64,000 bases of DNA from Eledone cirrhosa (Eukaryota): assembly GCA_964016885.1 (NCBI GenBank), contig OZ024741.1, positions 262,756,001 to 262,820,000 of the forward strand, given 5' to 3'. Below are positions 11,153-24,368 of this stretch, in pieces; positions within the stretch are counted from its first letter, which is position 1, and each line of letters begins with the position of its first letter. Below the pieces are notes generated by a model that saw nothing but the letters and a program-made list of their open reading frames with translations, was not told the DNA's origin and searched no databases. A program made the translations under genes and the position numbers.

Positions 11153-14100
11153 GTTTCGCTTTAGGAGTGTTTCGACTTACGAGTGTTTCGACATACGAGT
11201 GTTTCGACTTACGAATGTTTTTGCTTACGGGTGTTTCGACTTACGAATGTTTTTGCTTACGAGCGTTTCGGTTTACGAGTGTTCCGACTTACGAGTGTTC
11301 CGACTTACGAGTGTTTCGTCTTACGAGTGTTTCCGGCTTACGAGTGTTTCGACTTACGAGTGTTTCGACTTACGAGTGTTTTGACTTACGGTGTTTCGGC
11401 TTACGAGTGATTAGACTTACGAGTGTTTTGACTTACGGGTGTTTTGACTTACGGGTGTTGTGAATTACGAGTGTTCCGATTTACGAGTGTTTTGACTTAC
11501 GGTGTTTCGGCTTACAAGTGATTCGACTTACGAATGTTTTGACTTACGGGTGTTTCGGCTTGCGAGTGTTTCGACTTACGAGTGTTTCGGCTTATGAGTG
11601 TTTCGACTTACTAATGTTTTTACTTACGAGTGTTTCGGCGTACGAGTGTTTTGACTTACGAGTGTTTCGACTTACGAGTGTTTTGACTTACGAATGTTTT
11701 GACATACGGGTGTTTCGGCTTACGAGTGTTTCGACTTACGAGTGTTTCGGCTTGCGAGTGTTTCGACTTACTAATGTTTTTACTTACGAGTGTTTCGACT
11801 TAGGAGTGTTCTGACTTACGAGTGTTCTGATTTACGGATGTTTCGACACACGAGTGTTTCGACTTACGAGTGCTTCGACTTATGAGTGTTTCGACTTACG
11901 AGTCTTCTGACTTACGAGTGTTTTGACTTACGGGTGTTTCGACTTACGGGTGTTTCGACTTACGAGTATTTCGGCTTACGAGTGTTTCGACTTACTAATG
12001 TTTTTACTTACGAGTGTTTCGGTGTACGAATGTTTTGACTTAAGGATGTTTCGACTTACGAGTGTTTCGACTTACGAGTGTTTCGGCTTACGTGAGTTTC
12101 GACTTAAGAGTGTTCTGATTTACGAGTGTTCTGACTTGCGGGTGTTCTGATTTACGAGTGTTCCGACTTACGAGTGTTTCGGCTTATGAGTGTTTCGACT
12201 TACGAGTCTTTCGGCTTACGAGTGTTTCGACTTATGGGTGTTTCGACTTACGAGTGTTTTTACTTACGTTGTTTCGGCTTACGAGTGTTTCGACATACGA
12301 GTGTCTTGACTTACGGGTGTTTCGGCTTACGAGTGTTTCGACTTACGAGTGTTTCGGCTTACGAGTATTTCGACTTACTAATGTTTTTACTTACGAGTGT
12401 TTCGGCGTACGAGAGTTTTGACTTACGAGTGTTTCGACTTACGGGTGTTTCGGCTTATGAGTGTTTCGACTTACGAGTCTTTCGGCTTACGAGTGTTTCG
12501 ACTTACTAATGTTTTTATTTACGAGTGTTTCGGCGTACGAGTGTTTCGACTTACGAGTGTTTCGACTTACGGGTGTTTTGACTTACCGGTGTTTCGGCTT
12601 ACGAGTGTTTCGACTTACGAGTGTTTTGACTTAAGGGTGTTTCGACTTACGAGTATTTTTGGCTTACGAGTGTTTCGACTTACGAGTGTTTTGACTTACG
12701 AGTGTTCTGATTTACGGATGTTTCGACATACGAGTGTTTCGACTTACGAGTGTTTCGACTTATGAGCGTTTCGACATACGAGTGTTTCGGCTTACGAGTG
12801 TTTCGACTTACGAGTGTTTTGACTTACGGTGTTTCGGCTTACGAGTGTTTCGACTTACGAGTGTTTTGACTTACGGGTGTTTTGACATACGAGTGTTTCG
12901 ATACGAGTGTTCTGACTTACGAGTGTTCTGACTTACGAGTGTTTTGACTTACGAGTGTTCTGACTTACGAGTGTTCCGACTTACGAGTGTTCCGACTTAC
13001 GAGTGTTTCGGCTTACGAGTGTTTCCGGCTTACGAGTGTTTCGGCTTCCGAGTGTTTTGACTTACGGTGTTTCGGCTTACGAGTGATTCGACTTACGAGT
13101 GTTTTGACTTACGGGTGATTTGACTTACGGGTGTTGTGAATTACGAGTGTTCCGATTTACGAGTGTTTTGACTTACGGTGTTTCGGCTTACGAGTGATTC
13201 CACTCACGAATGTTTTGACTTACGGGTGTTTCGGCTTGCGAGTGTTTCGACTTACGAGTGTTTCGGCTTATGGGTGTTTCGACTTACTAATGTTTTTACT
13301 TACGAGTGTTTCGGCGTACGAGTGTTTTGACTTACGAGTGTTTCGACTTACGAGTGTTTCGACTTACGAGTGTTTCGGCTTACGTGAGTTTCGACTTAAG
13401 AGTGTTCTGATTTATGAGTGTTCTGACTTGCGGGTGTTCTGATTTACGAGTGTTCCGACTTACGAGTGTTTCGGCTTATTAGTGTTTCGACTTACGAGTG
13501 TTTCGGCTTACGAGTGTTTCGACTTATGGGTGTTTCGACTTACGAGTGTTTTTACTTACGGTGTTTCGGCTTACGAGTGTTTCGACATACGAGTGTTTTG
13601 ACTTACGGGTGTTTCGACTTACGAGTGTTTTGACTTACGAATGTTTTGACTTACGGGTGTTTCGGCTTACGAGTGTTTCGACTTACGAGTGTTTCGGCTT
13701 ACGAGTGTTTCGACTTACTAATGTTCTTACTTACGAGTGTTTCGGCGTACGAGAGTTTTGACTTACGAGTGTTTCGACTTACGAGTGTTTCGACTTACGA
13801 GTGTTTTGACTTACGAATGTTTTGACTTACGGGTGTTTCGGCTTACGAGTGTTTCGACTTACGAGTCTTTCGGCTTACGAGTGTTTCGACTTACTAATGT
13901 TTTTACTTACGAGTGTTTCGGCGTACGAGTGTTTCGACTTACGAGTGTTTCGACTTACGGGTGTTTTGACTTACGGTTGTTTTGACTTACGGGTGTTTCG
14001 GCTTACGAGTGTTTCGACTTACGAGTCTTTGTGACTTCCGAGTGTTTCGACTTACGGGTGTTTTGACTTACGGGTGTTTCGGCTTACGCGTGTTTTGACT

Positions 14101-15204
14101 TACGAGTGTTTTGACTTAAGGGTGTTTCGACTTACGAGTATTTTTGGCTTACGAGTGTTTCGACTTACGAGTGTTTTGACTTACGAGTGTTCTGATTTAC
14201 GGATGTTTCGACATACGAGTGTTTCGACTTACGAGTGTTTCGACTTATGAGTGTTTCGACTTACGAGTGTTTCGACTTACGAGTGTTTCGGCTTATGATT
14301 GTTTCGACTTACGAGTGTTTTGACTTACGGTGTTTCAGCTTACGAGTGTTTCGACATACGAGTGTTTTGACTTACGGGTGTTTTGACATACGAGTGTTTC
14401 GATACGAGTGTTCTGACTTACGAGTGTTCTGACTTACGAGTGTTTTGACTTACGAGTGTTCTGACTTACGAGTGTTCCGACTTACGAGTGTTCCGACTTA
14501 CGAGTGTTTCGGCTTACGAGTGTTTCCGGCTTACGAGTGTTTAGACTTACGAGTGTTTTGACTTACGGTGTTTCGGCTTACGAGTGATTCGACTTACGAG
14601 TGTTTTGACTTACGGGTGTTTTGACTTACGGGTGTTGTGAATTACGAGTGTTCCGTTTTACGAGTGTTTTGACTTACGGTGTTTCGGCTTACGAATGATT
14701 CGACTTACGAATGTCTTGACTTACGGGTGTTTCGGCTTGCGAGTGTTTCGACTTACGAGTGTTTCGGCTTATGAGTGTTTCGACTTACTAATGTTTTTAC
14801 TTACGAGTGTTCTGACTTACGAGTGTTCTGACTTACGAGTGTTCTGACTTACGAGTGTTCTGATTTACGAGTGTTCCGACTTACGAGTGTTTCGGCTTAC
14901 GAGTGTTTCGGCTTACGAGTGTTTCGACTTACGAGTGTTTCGACTTACGAGTGTTCCGACTTACGGGTGTTTCGACTTACGAGTTGTTTGGCTTACGGTG
15001 TTTCGGCTTACGAGTGTTTCGAGTTACGAGTGTTTTGACATACGCGTGTTTTGACATACGAGTGTTTCGATACGTGTGTTCTGACTTACGAGTGTTCTGA
15101 CTTACGAGTGTTCTGACTTACGAGTGTTCTGACTTACGAGTGTTCCGACTTTACGAGTGTTTCGGCTCACGAGTGTTTCGGCTTACGAGTGTTTCGACTT
15201 ACGA

Positions 15205-15273
15205 AAATAACAAATAGACGCGGTTTCAAATCTCTATGATTTTCAAATTCATTACATTAATCTTTAATTATAC
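15205..15273. other. 69-bp AT-rich interruption, copy 2
   Basis: Same sequence and same position in the monomer; 1 difference from copy 3 (CTTTAATTATAC vs CTTTATTTATAC). Confidence 0.95.
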
Positions 15274-17488
15274 GTTTCGCTTTACGAGTGTTTCGACTTA
15301 CGAGTGTTTCGACATACGAGTGTTTCGACTTCCGAATGTTTTTGCTTACGGGTGTTTCGACTTACGAATGTTACGGCTTACGAGTGTTTCGGCTTACGAG
15401 TCTTCCGACTTAGGAGTGTTTCGGCTTACGAGTGTTTCCGGCTTACGAGTGTTTCGACTTACGAGTGTTTCGACTTTCGAGTGTTTTGACTTACGAGTGT
15501 TTTGACTTACGGGTGTTTCGACTTACGAGTATTTTTGGCTTACGAGTGTTTCGACTTACGAGTGTTTTGACTTACGAGTGTTCTGATTTACGGATGTTTC
15601 GACATACGAGTGTTTCGACTTACGAGTGTTTCGACTTATGAGTGTTTCGACTTACGAGTGTTTCGGCTTACGAGTGTTTCGACTTACGAGTGTTTTGACT
15701 TACGGTGTTTCGGCTTACGAGTGATTCGACTTACGAGTGTTTTGACTTACGGGTGATTTGACTTACGGGTGTTGTGAATTACGAGTGTTCCGATTTACGA
15801 GTGTTTTGACTTACGATGTTTCGGCTTACGAGTGATTCGACTTACGAATGTTTTGACTTACGGGTGTTTCGGCTTGCGAGTGTTTCGACTTACGAGTGTT
15901 TCGGCTTATGGGTGTTTCGACTTACTAATGTTTTTACTTACGAGTGTTTCGGCGTACGAGTGTTTTGACTTACGAGTGTTTCGACTTACGAGTGTTTCGA
16001 CTTACGAGTGTTTCGGCTTACGTGAGTTTCGACTTAAGAGTGTTCTGATTTACGAGTGTTCTGACTTGCGGGTGTTCTGATTTACGAGTGTTCCGACTTA
16101 CGAGTGTTTCGTCTTATTAGTGTTTCGACTTACGAGTGTTTCGGCTTACGAGTGTTTCGACTTATGGGTGTTTCGACTTACGAGTGTTTTTACTTACGGT
16201 GTTTCGGCTTATGAGTGTTTCGACATACGAGTGTTTTGACTTGCGGGTGTTTCGACTTACGAGTGTTTTGACTTACGAATGTTTTGACTTACGGGTGTTT
16301 CGGCTTACGAGTGTTTCGACTTACGAGTCTTTCGGCTTACGAGTGTTTCGACTTACTAATGTTTTTACTTACGAGTGTTTCGGCGTACGAGTGTTTCGAC
16401 TTACGAGTGTTTCGATTTACGGGTGTTTTGACTTACGGGTGTTTCGGCTTACGAGTGTTTTGACTTACGAGTGTTCTGATTTACGGATGTTTCGACATAC
16501 GAGTGTTTCGACTTACGAGTGTTTCGACTTATGAGTGTTTCGACTTACGAGTGTTTCGACTTACGAGTGTTTCGGCTTATGACTGTTTCGACTTACGAGT
16601 GTTTTGACTTACGGTGTTTCAGCTTACGAGTGTTTCGACATACGAGTGTTTTGACTTACGGGTGTTTTGACATACGAGTGTTTCGATACGAGTGTTCTGA
16701 CTTACGAGTGTTCTGACTTACGAGTGTTTTGACTTACGAGTGTTCTGACTTACGAGTGTTCCGACTTACGAGTGTTCCGACTTACGAGTGTTTCGGCTTA
16801 CGAGTGTTTCCGGCTTACGAGTGTTTCGACTTACGAGTGTTTTGACTTACGGTGTTTCGGCTTACGAGTGATTCGACTTACGAGTGTTTTGACTTACGGG
16901 TGTTTTGACTTACGGGTGTTGTGAATTACGAGTGTTCCGATTTACGAGTGTTTTGACTTACGGTGTTTCGGCTTACGAGTGATTCGACTTACGAATGTCT
17001 TGACTTACGGGTGTTTCGGCTTGCGAGTGTTTCGACTTACGAGTGTTTCGGCTTATGAGTGTTTCGACTTACTAATGTTTTTACTTACGAGTGTTCTGAC
17101 TTACGAGTGTTCTGACTTACGAGTGTTCTGACTTACGAGTGTTCTGATTTACGAGTGTTCCGACTTACGAGTGTTTCGGCTTACGAGTGTTTCGGCTTAC
17201 GAGTGTTTCGACTTACGAGTGTTTCGACTTACGAGTGTTCCGACTTACGGGTGTTTCGACTTACGAGTTGTTTGGCTTACGGTGTTTCGGCTTACGAGTG
17301 TTTCGAGTTACGAGTGTTTTGACATACGCGTGTTTTGACATACGAGTGTTTCGATACGTGTGTTCTGACTTACGAGTGTTCTGACTTACGAGTGTTCTGA
17401 CTTACGAGTGTTCTGACTTACGAGTGTTCCGAATTTACGAGTGTTTCGGCTCACGAGTGTTTCGGCTTACGAGTGTTTCGACTTACGA

Positions 17489-17557
17489 AAATAACAAATA
17501 GACGCGGTTTCAAATCTCTATGATTTTCAAATTCATTACATTAATCTTTATTTATAC
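17489..17557. other. 69-bp AT-rich interruption, copy 3
   Basis: AAATAACAAATAGACGCGGTTTCAAATCTCTATGATTTTCAAATTCATTACATTAATCTTTATTTATAC; equals the majority consensus of the five copies. Confidence 0.95.
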
Positions 17558-20500
17558 GTTTCGCTTTACGAGTGTTTCGACTTACGAGTGTTTCGACATA
17601 CGAGTGTTTCGACTTCCGAATGTTTTTGCTTACGGGTGTTTCGACTTACGAATGTTACGGCTTACGAGTGTTTCGGCTTACGAGTCTTCCGACTTAGGAG
17701 TGTTTCGGCTTACGAGTGTTTCCGGCTTACGAGTGTTTCGACTTACGAGTGTTTCGACTTTCGAGTGTTTTGACTTACGGTGTTTCGGCTTACGAGTGAT
17801 TCGACTTACGAGTGTTTTGACTTACGTGTGTTTTGACTTACGGGTGTTGTGAATTACCAGTGTTCCGATTTACGAGTGTTTTGACTTACGGTGTTTCGGC
17901 TTGCGAGTGTTTCGACTTACGAGTGTTTCGGCTTATGAGTGTTTCGACTTACTAATGTTTTTACTTACGAGTGTTTCGGCGTTCGAGTGTTTTGACTTAC
18001 GAGTGTTTCGACTTACGAGTGTTTTGACTTACGAATGTTTTGACTTACGGGTGTTTCGGCTTACGGGTGTTTCGACTTACGAGTGTTTCGACTTATGAGT
18101 GTTTCGACTTACGAGTGTTCTGACTTACGAGTGTTCTGACTTACGAGTGTTCCGACTTACGAGTGTTTCGGTTTACGAGTGTTTCGACATACGAGTGTTT
18201 TGACTTACGGGTGTTTCGACTTACGGGTGTTTCGACTTACGAGTGTTTTGGCTTACGAGTGTTTCGACTTACTAATGTTTTTACTTACGAGTGTTTCGGT
18301 GTACGAATGTTTTGACTTAAGGATGTTTCGACTTACGAGTGTTTCGACTTACGAGTGTTTCGGCTTACGTGAGTTTCGACTTAAGAGTGTTCTGATTTAC
18401 GAGTGTTCTGACTTGCGGGTGTTCTGATTTACGAGTGTTCCGACTTACGAGTGTTTCGGCTTATGAGTGTTTCGACTTACGAGTGTTTCGGCTTACGAGT
18501 GTTTCGACTTATGGGTGTTTCGACTTAAGAGTGTTTTTACTTACGGTGTTTCGGCTTACGAGTGTTTCGACATACGAGTGTTTTGACTTACGGGTGTTTC
18601 GGCTTACGAGTGTTTCGACTTACGAGTGTTTCGGCTTACGAGTGTTTCGACTTACTAATGTTTTTACTTACGAGTGTTTCGGCGTACGAGAGTTTTGACT
18701 TCCGAGTGTTTCGACTTACGAGTGTTTTGACTTACGAATGTTTTGACTTACGGGTGTTTCGGCTTATGAGTGTTTCGACTTACGAGTCTTTCGGCTTACG
18801 AGTCTTTCGACTTACTAATGTTTTTACTTACGAGTGTTTCGGCGTACGACGGTTTCGACTTACGAGTGTTTCGACTTACGGGTGTTTTGACTTACGGGTG
18901 TTTCGGCTTACGAGTGTTTCGACTTACGAGTGTTTTGACTTACGGGTGTTTCGACTTACGAGTATTTTTGGCTTACGAGTGTTTCGACTTACGAGTGTTT
19001 TGACTTACGAGTGTTCTGATTTACGGATGTTTCGACATACGAGTGTTTCGACTTACGAGTGTTTCGACTTATGAGTGTTTCGACTTACGAGTGTTTCGGC
19101 TTACGAGTGTTTCGACTTACGAGTGTTTTGACTTACGGTGTTTCGGCTTACGAGTGATTCGACTTACGAGTGTTTTGACTTACGGGTGATTTGACTTACG
19201 GGTGTTGTGAATTACGAGTGTTCCGATTTACGAGTGTTTTGACTTACGATGTTTCGGCTTACGAGTGATTCGACTTACGAATGTTTTGACTTACGGGTGT
19301 TTCGGCTTGCGAGTGTTTCGACTTACGAGTGTTTCGGCTTATGGGTGTTTCGACTTACTAATGTTTTTACTTACGAGTGTTTCGGCGTACGAGTGTTTTG
19401 ACTTACGAGTGTTTCGACTTACGAGTGTTTCGACTTACGAGTGTTTCGGCTTACGTGAGTTTCGACTTAAGAGTGTTCTGATTTACGAGTGTTCTGACTT
19501 GCGGGTGTTCTGATTTACGAGTGTTCCGACTTACGAGTGTTTCGGCTTATTAGTGTTTCGACTTACGAGTGTTTCGGCTTACGAGTGTTTCGACTTATGG
19601 GTGTTTCGACTTACGAGTGTTTTTACTTACGGTGTTTCGGCTTATGAGTGTTTCGACATACGAGTGTTTTGACTTGCGGGTGTTTCGACTTACGAGTGTT
19701 TTGACTTACGAATGTTTTGACTTACGGGTGTTTCGGCTTACGAGTGTTTCGACTTACTAATGTTCTTACTTACGAGTGTTTCGGCGTACGAGAGTTTTGA
19801 CTTACGAGTGTTTCGACTTACGAGTGTTTCGACTTACGAGTGTTTTGACTTACGAATGTTTTGACTTACGGGTGTTTCGGCTTACGAGTGTTTCGACTTA
19901 CGAGTCATTCGGCTTACGAGTGTTTCGACTTACTAATGTTTTTACTTACGAGTGTTTCGGCGTACGAGTGTTTCGACTTACGAGTGTTTCGACTTACGGG
20001 TATTTTGACTTACGGGTGTTTCGGCTTACGAGTGTTTTGACTTACGAGTGTTTTGACTTAAGGGTGTTTCGACTTACGAGTATTTTTGGCTTACGAGTGT
20101 TTCGACTTACGAGTGTTTTGACTTACGAGTGTTCTGATTTACGGATGTTTCGACATACGAGTGTTTCGACTTACGAGTGTTTCGACTTATGAGTGTTTCG
20201 ACTTACGAGTGTTTCGGCTTATGAGTGTTTCGACTTACGAGTGCTTCGGCTTACGAGTGTTTCGACTTACGAGTATTTCGGCTTAAGAGTGTTTCGACGT
20301 ACGAATGTTTTGGCTTACGAGTGTTTCGGCTTATGAGTGTTTCGGCTTACGAGTGTTTCGACTTACGAGTGTTTCGGCTTACGAGTGTTTCAGTGTTTCG
20401 GCTTACGTGTGTTTCGACTTACGAGTGTTTCGACTTACGACTGTTTCGGCTTACGAGTGTTTCGGATTACGAGTGTTTAAACTTACGAGTGTTTCGACTT

Positions 20501-23500
20501 ACGAGTGTTTTGACTTACGGTGTTTCGGCTTACGAGTGTTTCGACATACGAGTGTTTTGACGTACGGGTGTTTCGACTTACGGGTCTTTCGACTTAAGAG
20601 TGTTTCGACTTACGAGCGCTTCGACTTACGAGTGTTTCGACTTACGAGTGTTTCGGCGTATGAGTGTTTTGACTTATGAGTGTTTCGACTTACGAGTGTT
20701 TCGAATTACGAGTGTTTCGACTTACGAGTGTTTTGACTTACGAGTGTTTTGACTTACGGTGTTTCTGCTTACGAGTGTTTCGACTTACGAGTGTTATGAC
20801 TTACGGGTGTTTTCACATACGAGTGTTTCGACTTACGAGTGTTTTGACTTACGGGTGTTTTGACATACGAGTGTTTCGATACGAGTGTTCTGACTTACGA
20901 GTGTTCTGACTTACGAGTGTTCTGACTTACGAGTGTTTCGACATACGAGGGTTTTGACTTACGGGTGTTTCGACTTACGAGTGTTTTCACTTACGAATGT
21001 TTTGACTTACGGGTGTTTCGGCTTACGAGTGTTTCGACTTACGAGTGTTTCGGCTTACGAGTGTTTCGACTTACTAATATTTTTACTTACGAGTGTTTCG
21101 GCGTACGAGAGTTTTGACTTACGAGTGTTTCGACTTACGAGTGTTTCGACTTACGAGTATTTTGACTTACGAATGTTTTGACTTACGGGTGTTTCGGCTT
21201 ACGAGTGTTTCGACTTACGAGTCTTTCGGCTTACGAGTGTTTCGACTTACTAATGTTTTTACTTACGAGTGTTTCGGCGTACGAGTGTTTCGACTTCCGA
21301 GTGTTTCGACTTACGGGTGTTTTGATTAACGGGTGATTCGGCTTACGAGTGTTTTGACTTACGAGTGTTTTGACTTAAGGGTGTTTCGACTTACGAGTAT
21401 TTTTGGCTTACGAGTGTTTCGACTTACGAGTGTTTTGACTTACGAGTGTTCTGATTTACGGATGTTTCGACATACGAGTGTTTCGACTTACGAGTGTTTC
21501 GACTTATGAGTGTTTCGACTTACGAGTGTTTCGACTTACGAGTGTTTCGGCTTATGATTGTTTCGACTTACGAGTGTTTTGACTTACGGTGTTTCAGCTT
21601 ACGAGTGTTTCGACTTACGAGTGTTTTGACTTACGGGTGTTTTGACATACGAGTGTTTCGATACGAGTGTTCTGACTTACGAGTGTTCTGACTTACGAGT
21701 GTTTTGACTTACGAGTGTTCTGACTTACGAGTGTTCCGACTTACGAGTGTTCCGACTTACGAGTGTTTCGGCTTACGGGTGTTTCCTGCTTACGAGTGTT
21801 TCGACTTACGAGTGTTTTGACTTACGGTGTTTCGGCTTACGAGTGATTCGACTTACGAGTGTTTTGACTTACGGGTGTTTTGACTTACGGGTGTTGTGAA
21901 TTACGAGTGTTCCGATTTACGAGTGTTTTGACTTACGGTGTTTCGGCTTACGAGTGATTCGACTTACGAATGTTTTGACTTACGGGTGTTTCGGCTTGCG
22001 AGTGTTTCGACTGACGAGTGTTCTGACTTACGAGTGTTCCGACTTACGAGTGTTCCGACTTACGAGTGTTTCGGCTTACGAGTGTTTCCGGCTTACGAGT
22101 GTTTCGACTTACGAGTGTTTCGACTTACGAGTGATTCGACTTAAGAGTATTTTGACTTACGGCTGTTTTGACTTACGGGTGTTGTGAATTACGAGTGTTC
22201 CGATTTACGAGTGTTTTGACTTACGGTGTTTCGGCTTACGAGTGATTCGACTTACGAATGTTTTGACTTAAGGGTGTTTCGGCTTGCTAGTGTTTCGACT
22301 TACGAGTGTTTCGGCTTATGAGTGTTTCGACTTACTACTGTTTTTACTTACGAGTGTTTCGGCGTACGAGTGTTTTGACTTACGAGTGTTTCGACTTACG
22401 AATGTTTCGAATTACGAGTGTTTCGGCTTACGTGAGTTTCGACTTAAGAGTGTTCTGATTTACGAGTGTTCTGACTTGCGGGTGTTCTGATTTACGAGTG
22501 TTCCGACTTACGAGTGTTTCGGCTTATGAGTGTTTCGACTTACGAGTGTTTCGGCTTACGAGTGTTTCGACTTATGGGTGTTTCGACATACGAGTGTTTT
22601 GACTTACGAATGTTTTGACTTACGGGTGTTTCGGCTTACGAGTGTTTCGACTTACGAGTGTTTCGGCTTACGAGTCTTTCGACTTACTAATGTTCTTACT
22701 TACGAGTGTTTCGGCGTACGAGAGTTTTGACTTACGAGTGTTTCGACTTACGAGTGTTTCGACTTACGAGTGTTTTGACTTACGAAAGTTTTGACTTACG
22801 GGTGTTTCGGCTTACGAGTGTTTCGACTTACGAGTGTTTCGGCTTACGAGTGTTTCGGCGTACGAGTGTTTCGACTTACGAGTGTTTCGACTTACGGGTG
22901 TTTTGACTTACGGGTGTTTCGGCTTACGAGTGTTTCGGCTTATGATTGTTTCGACTTACGAGTGTTTTGACTTACGGTGTTTCAGCTTACGAGTGTTTCG
23001 ACTTACGAGTGTTTTGACTTACGGGTGTTTTGACATACGAGTGTTTCGATACGTGTGTTCTGACTTACGAGTGTTCTGACTTACGAGTGTTTTGACTTAC
23101 GAGTGTTCTGACTTACGAGTGTTCCGACTTTCGAGTGTTCCGACTTACAAGTGTTTCGGCTTACGAGTGTTTCCGGCTTACGAGTGTTTCGACTTACGAG
23201 TGTTTTGACTTACGGTGTTTCGGCTTACGAGTGTTTCGACTTACTAATGTTTTTACTTACGAATGTTTCGGCGTACGAGAGTTTTGACTTACGAGTGTTT
23301 CGACTTACGAGTGTTTTGACTTAGGAATGTTTTGACTTACGGGTGTTTCGGCTCATGAGTGTTTCGACTTACGAGTCTTTCGGCTTACGAGTGTTTCGAC
23401 TTACTAATGTTTTTACTTACGAGTGTTTCGGCGTACGACTGTTTCGACTTACGAGTGTTTCGACTTACGGGTGTTTTGACTTACGGGTGTTTCGGCTTAC

Positions 23501-24299
23501 GAGTGTTTCGACTTACGAGTGTTTTGACTTACGAGTGTTCTGATTTACGGATGTTTCGACATACGAGTGTTTCGACTTACGAGTGTTTCGACTTATGAGT
23601 GTTTCGACTTACGAGTGTTCTGACTTACGAGTGTTCCGACTTACGAGTGTTCCGACTTACGAGTGTTTCGGCTTACGAGTGTTTCCGGCTTACGAGTGTT
23701 TCGACTTACGAGTGTTTTGACTTACGGTGTTTCGGCTTACGAGTGATTCGACTTACGAGTGTTTTGACTTACGGGTGTTTTGACTTACGGGTGTTGTGAA
23801 TTACGAGTGCTCCGATTTACGAGTGTTTTGACTTACGGTGTTTCGGCTTACGAGTGATTCGACTTACGAATGTCTTGACTTACGGATGTTTCGACTTACT
23901 AATGTTTTTACTTACGAGTGTTCTGACTTACGAGTGTTCTGACTTACGAGTGTTCTGACTTACGAGTGTTCTGATTTACGAGTGTTCCGACTTACGAGTG
24001 TTTCGGCTTACGAGTGTTTCGGCTTACGAGTGTTTCGACTTACGAGTGTTTCGACTTACGAGTGTTCCGACTTACGGGTGTTTCGACCTACGAGTTGTTT
24101 GGCTTACGGTGTTTCGGCTTACGAGTGTTTCGAGTTACGAGTGTTTTGACTTACGCGTGTTTTGACATACGAGTGTTTCGATACGAGTGTTCTGACTTAC
24201 GAGTGTTCTGACTTACGAGTGTTCTGACTTACGAGTGTTCCGACTTTACGAGTGTTTCGGCTCACGAGTGTTTCATCTTACGAGTGTTTCGACTTACGA

Positions 24300-24368
24300 A
24301 AATAACAAATAGACGCGGTTTCAAATCTCTATGATTTTCAAATTCATTACATTAATCTTTATTTATTC
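24300..24368. other. 69-bp AT-rich interruption, copy 4
   Basis: Same as copy 3 except the terminal TATTC for TATAC. Confidence 0.95.

Larger units (their letters stand above)
14170..17775 (+). repeat. Block duplication at offset 2284 (about 14170-15490 and about 16450-17775), carrying interruption copies 2 and 3
   Basis: ORF-track pairs 14235/16519, 14903/17187 and 15236/17520. Shared rare monomers include GAGTTGTTTGG, TACGCGTG and AATGTTACGG. Boundaries are approximate. Confidence 0.85.

Noticed and set aside
11115-11384. ORFs beginning MLFKFITLIYIYTF / MIFKFITLIFIYTF (11115, 15236, 17520, 24331, 30229) as signal-peptide-bearing small proteins
   Set aside because: The hydrophobic N-terminus is what AT-rich DNA yields by default. 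The ORFs run straight into satellite, vary in length (89-110 aa), and have only about 30 bp of non-repeat DNA upstream. They are not supportable without expression data.
15205-15273. 69-bp interruption as an independent MITE/SINE, tRNA or promoter
   Set aside because: It has no terminal inverted repeats, target-site duplication, poly(A) tail, clear Pol III A/B boxes or cloverleaf. All copies share one site and the same flanks, and TATA-like words are expected in AT-rich DNA.
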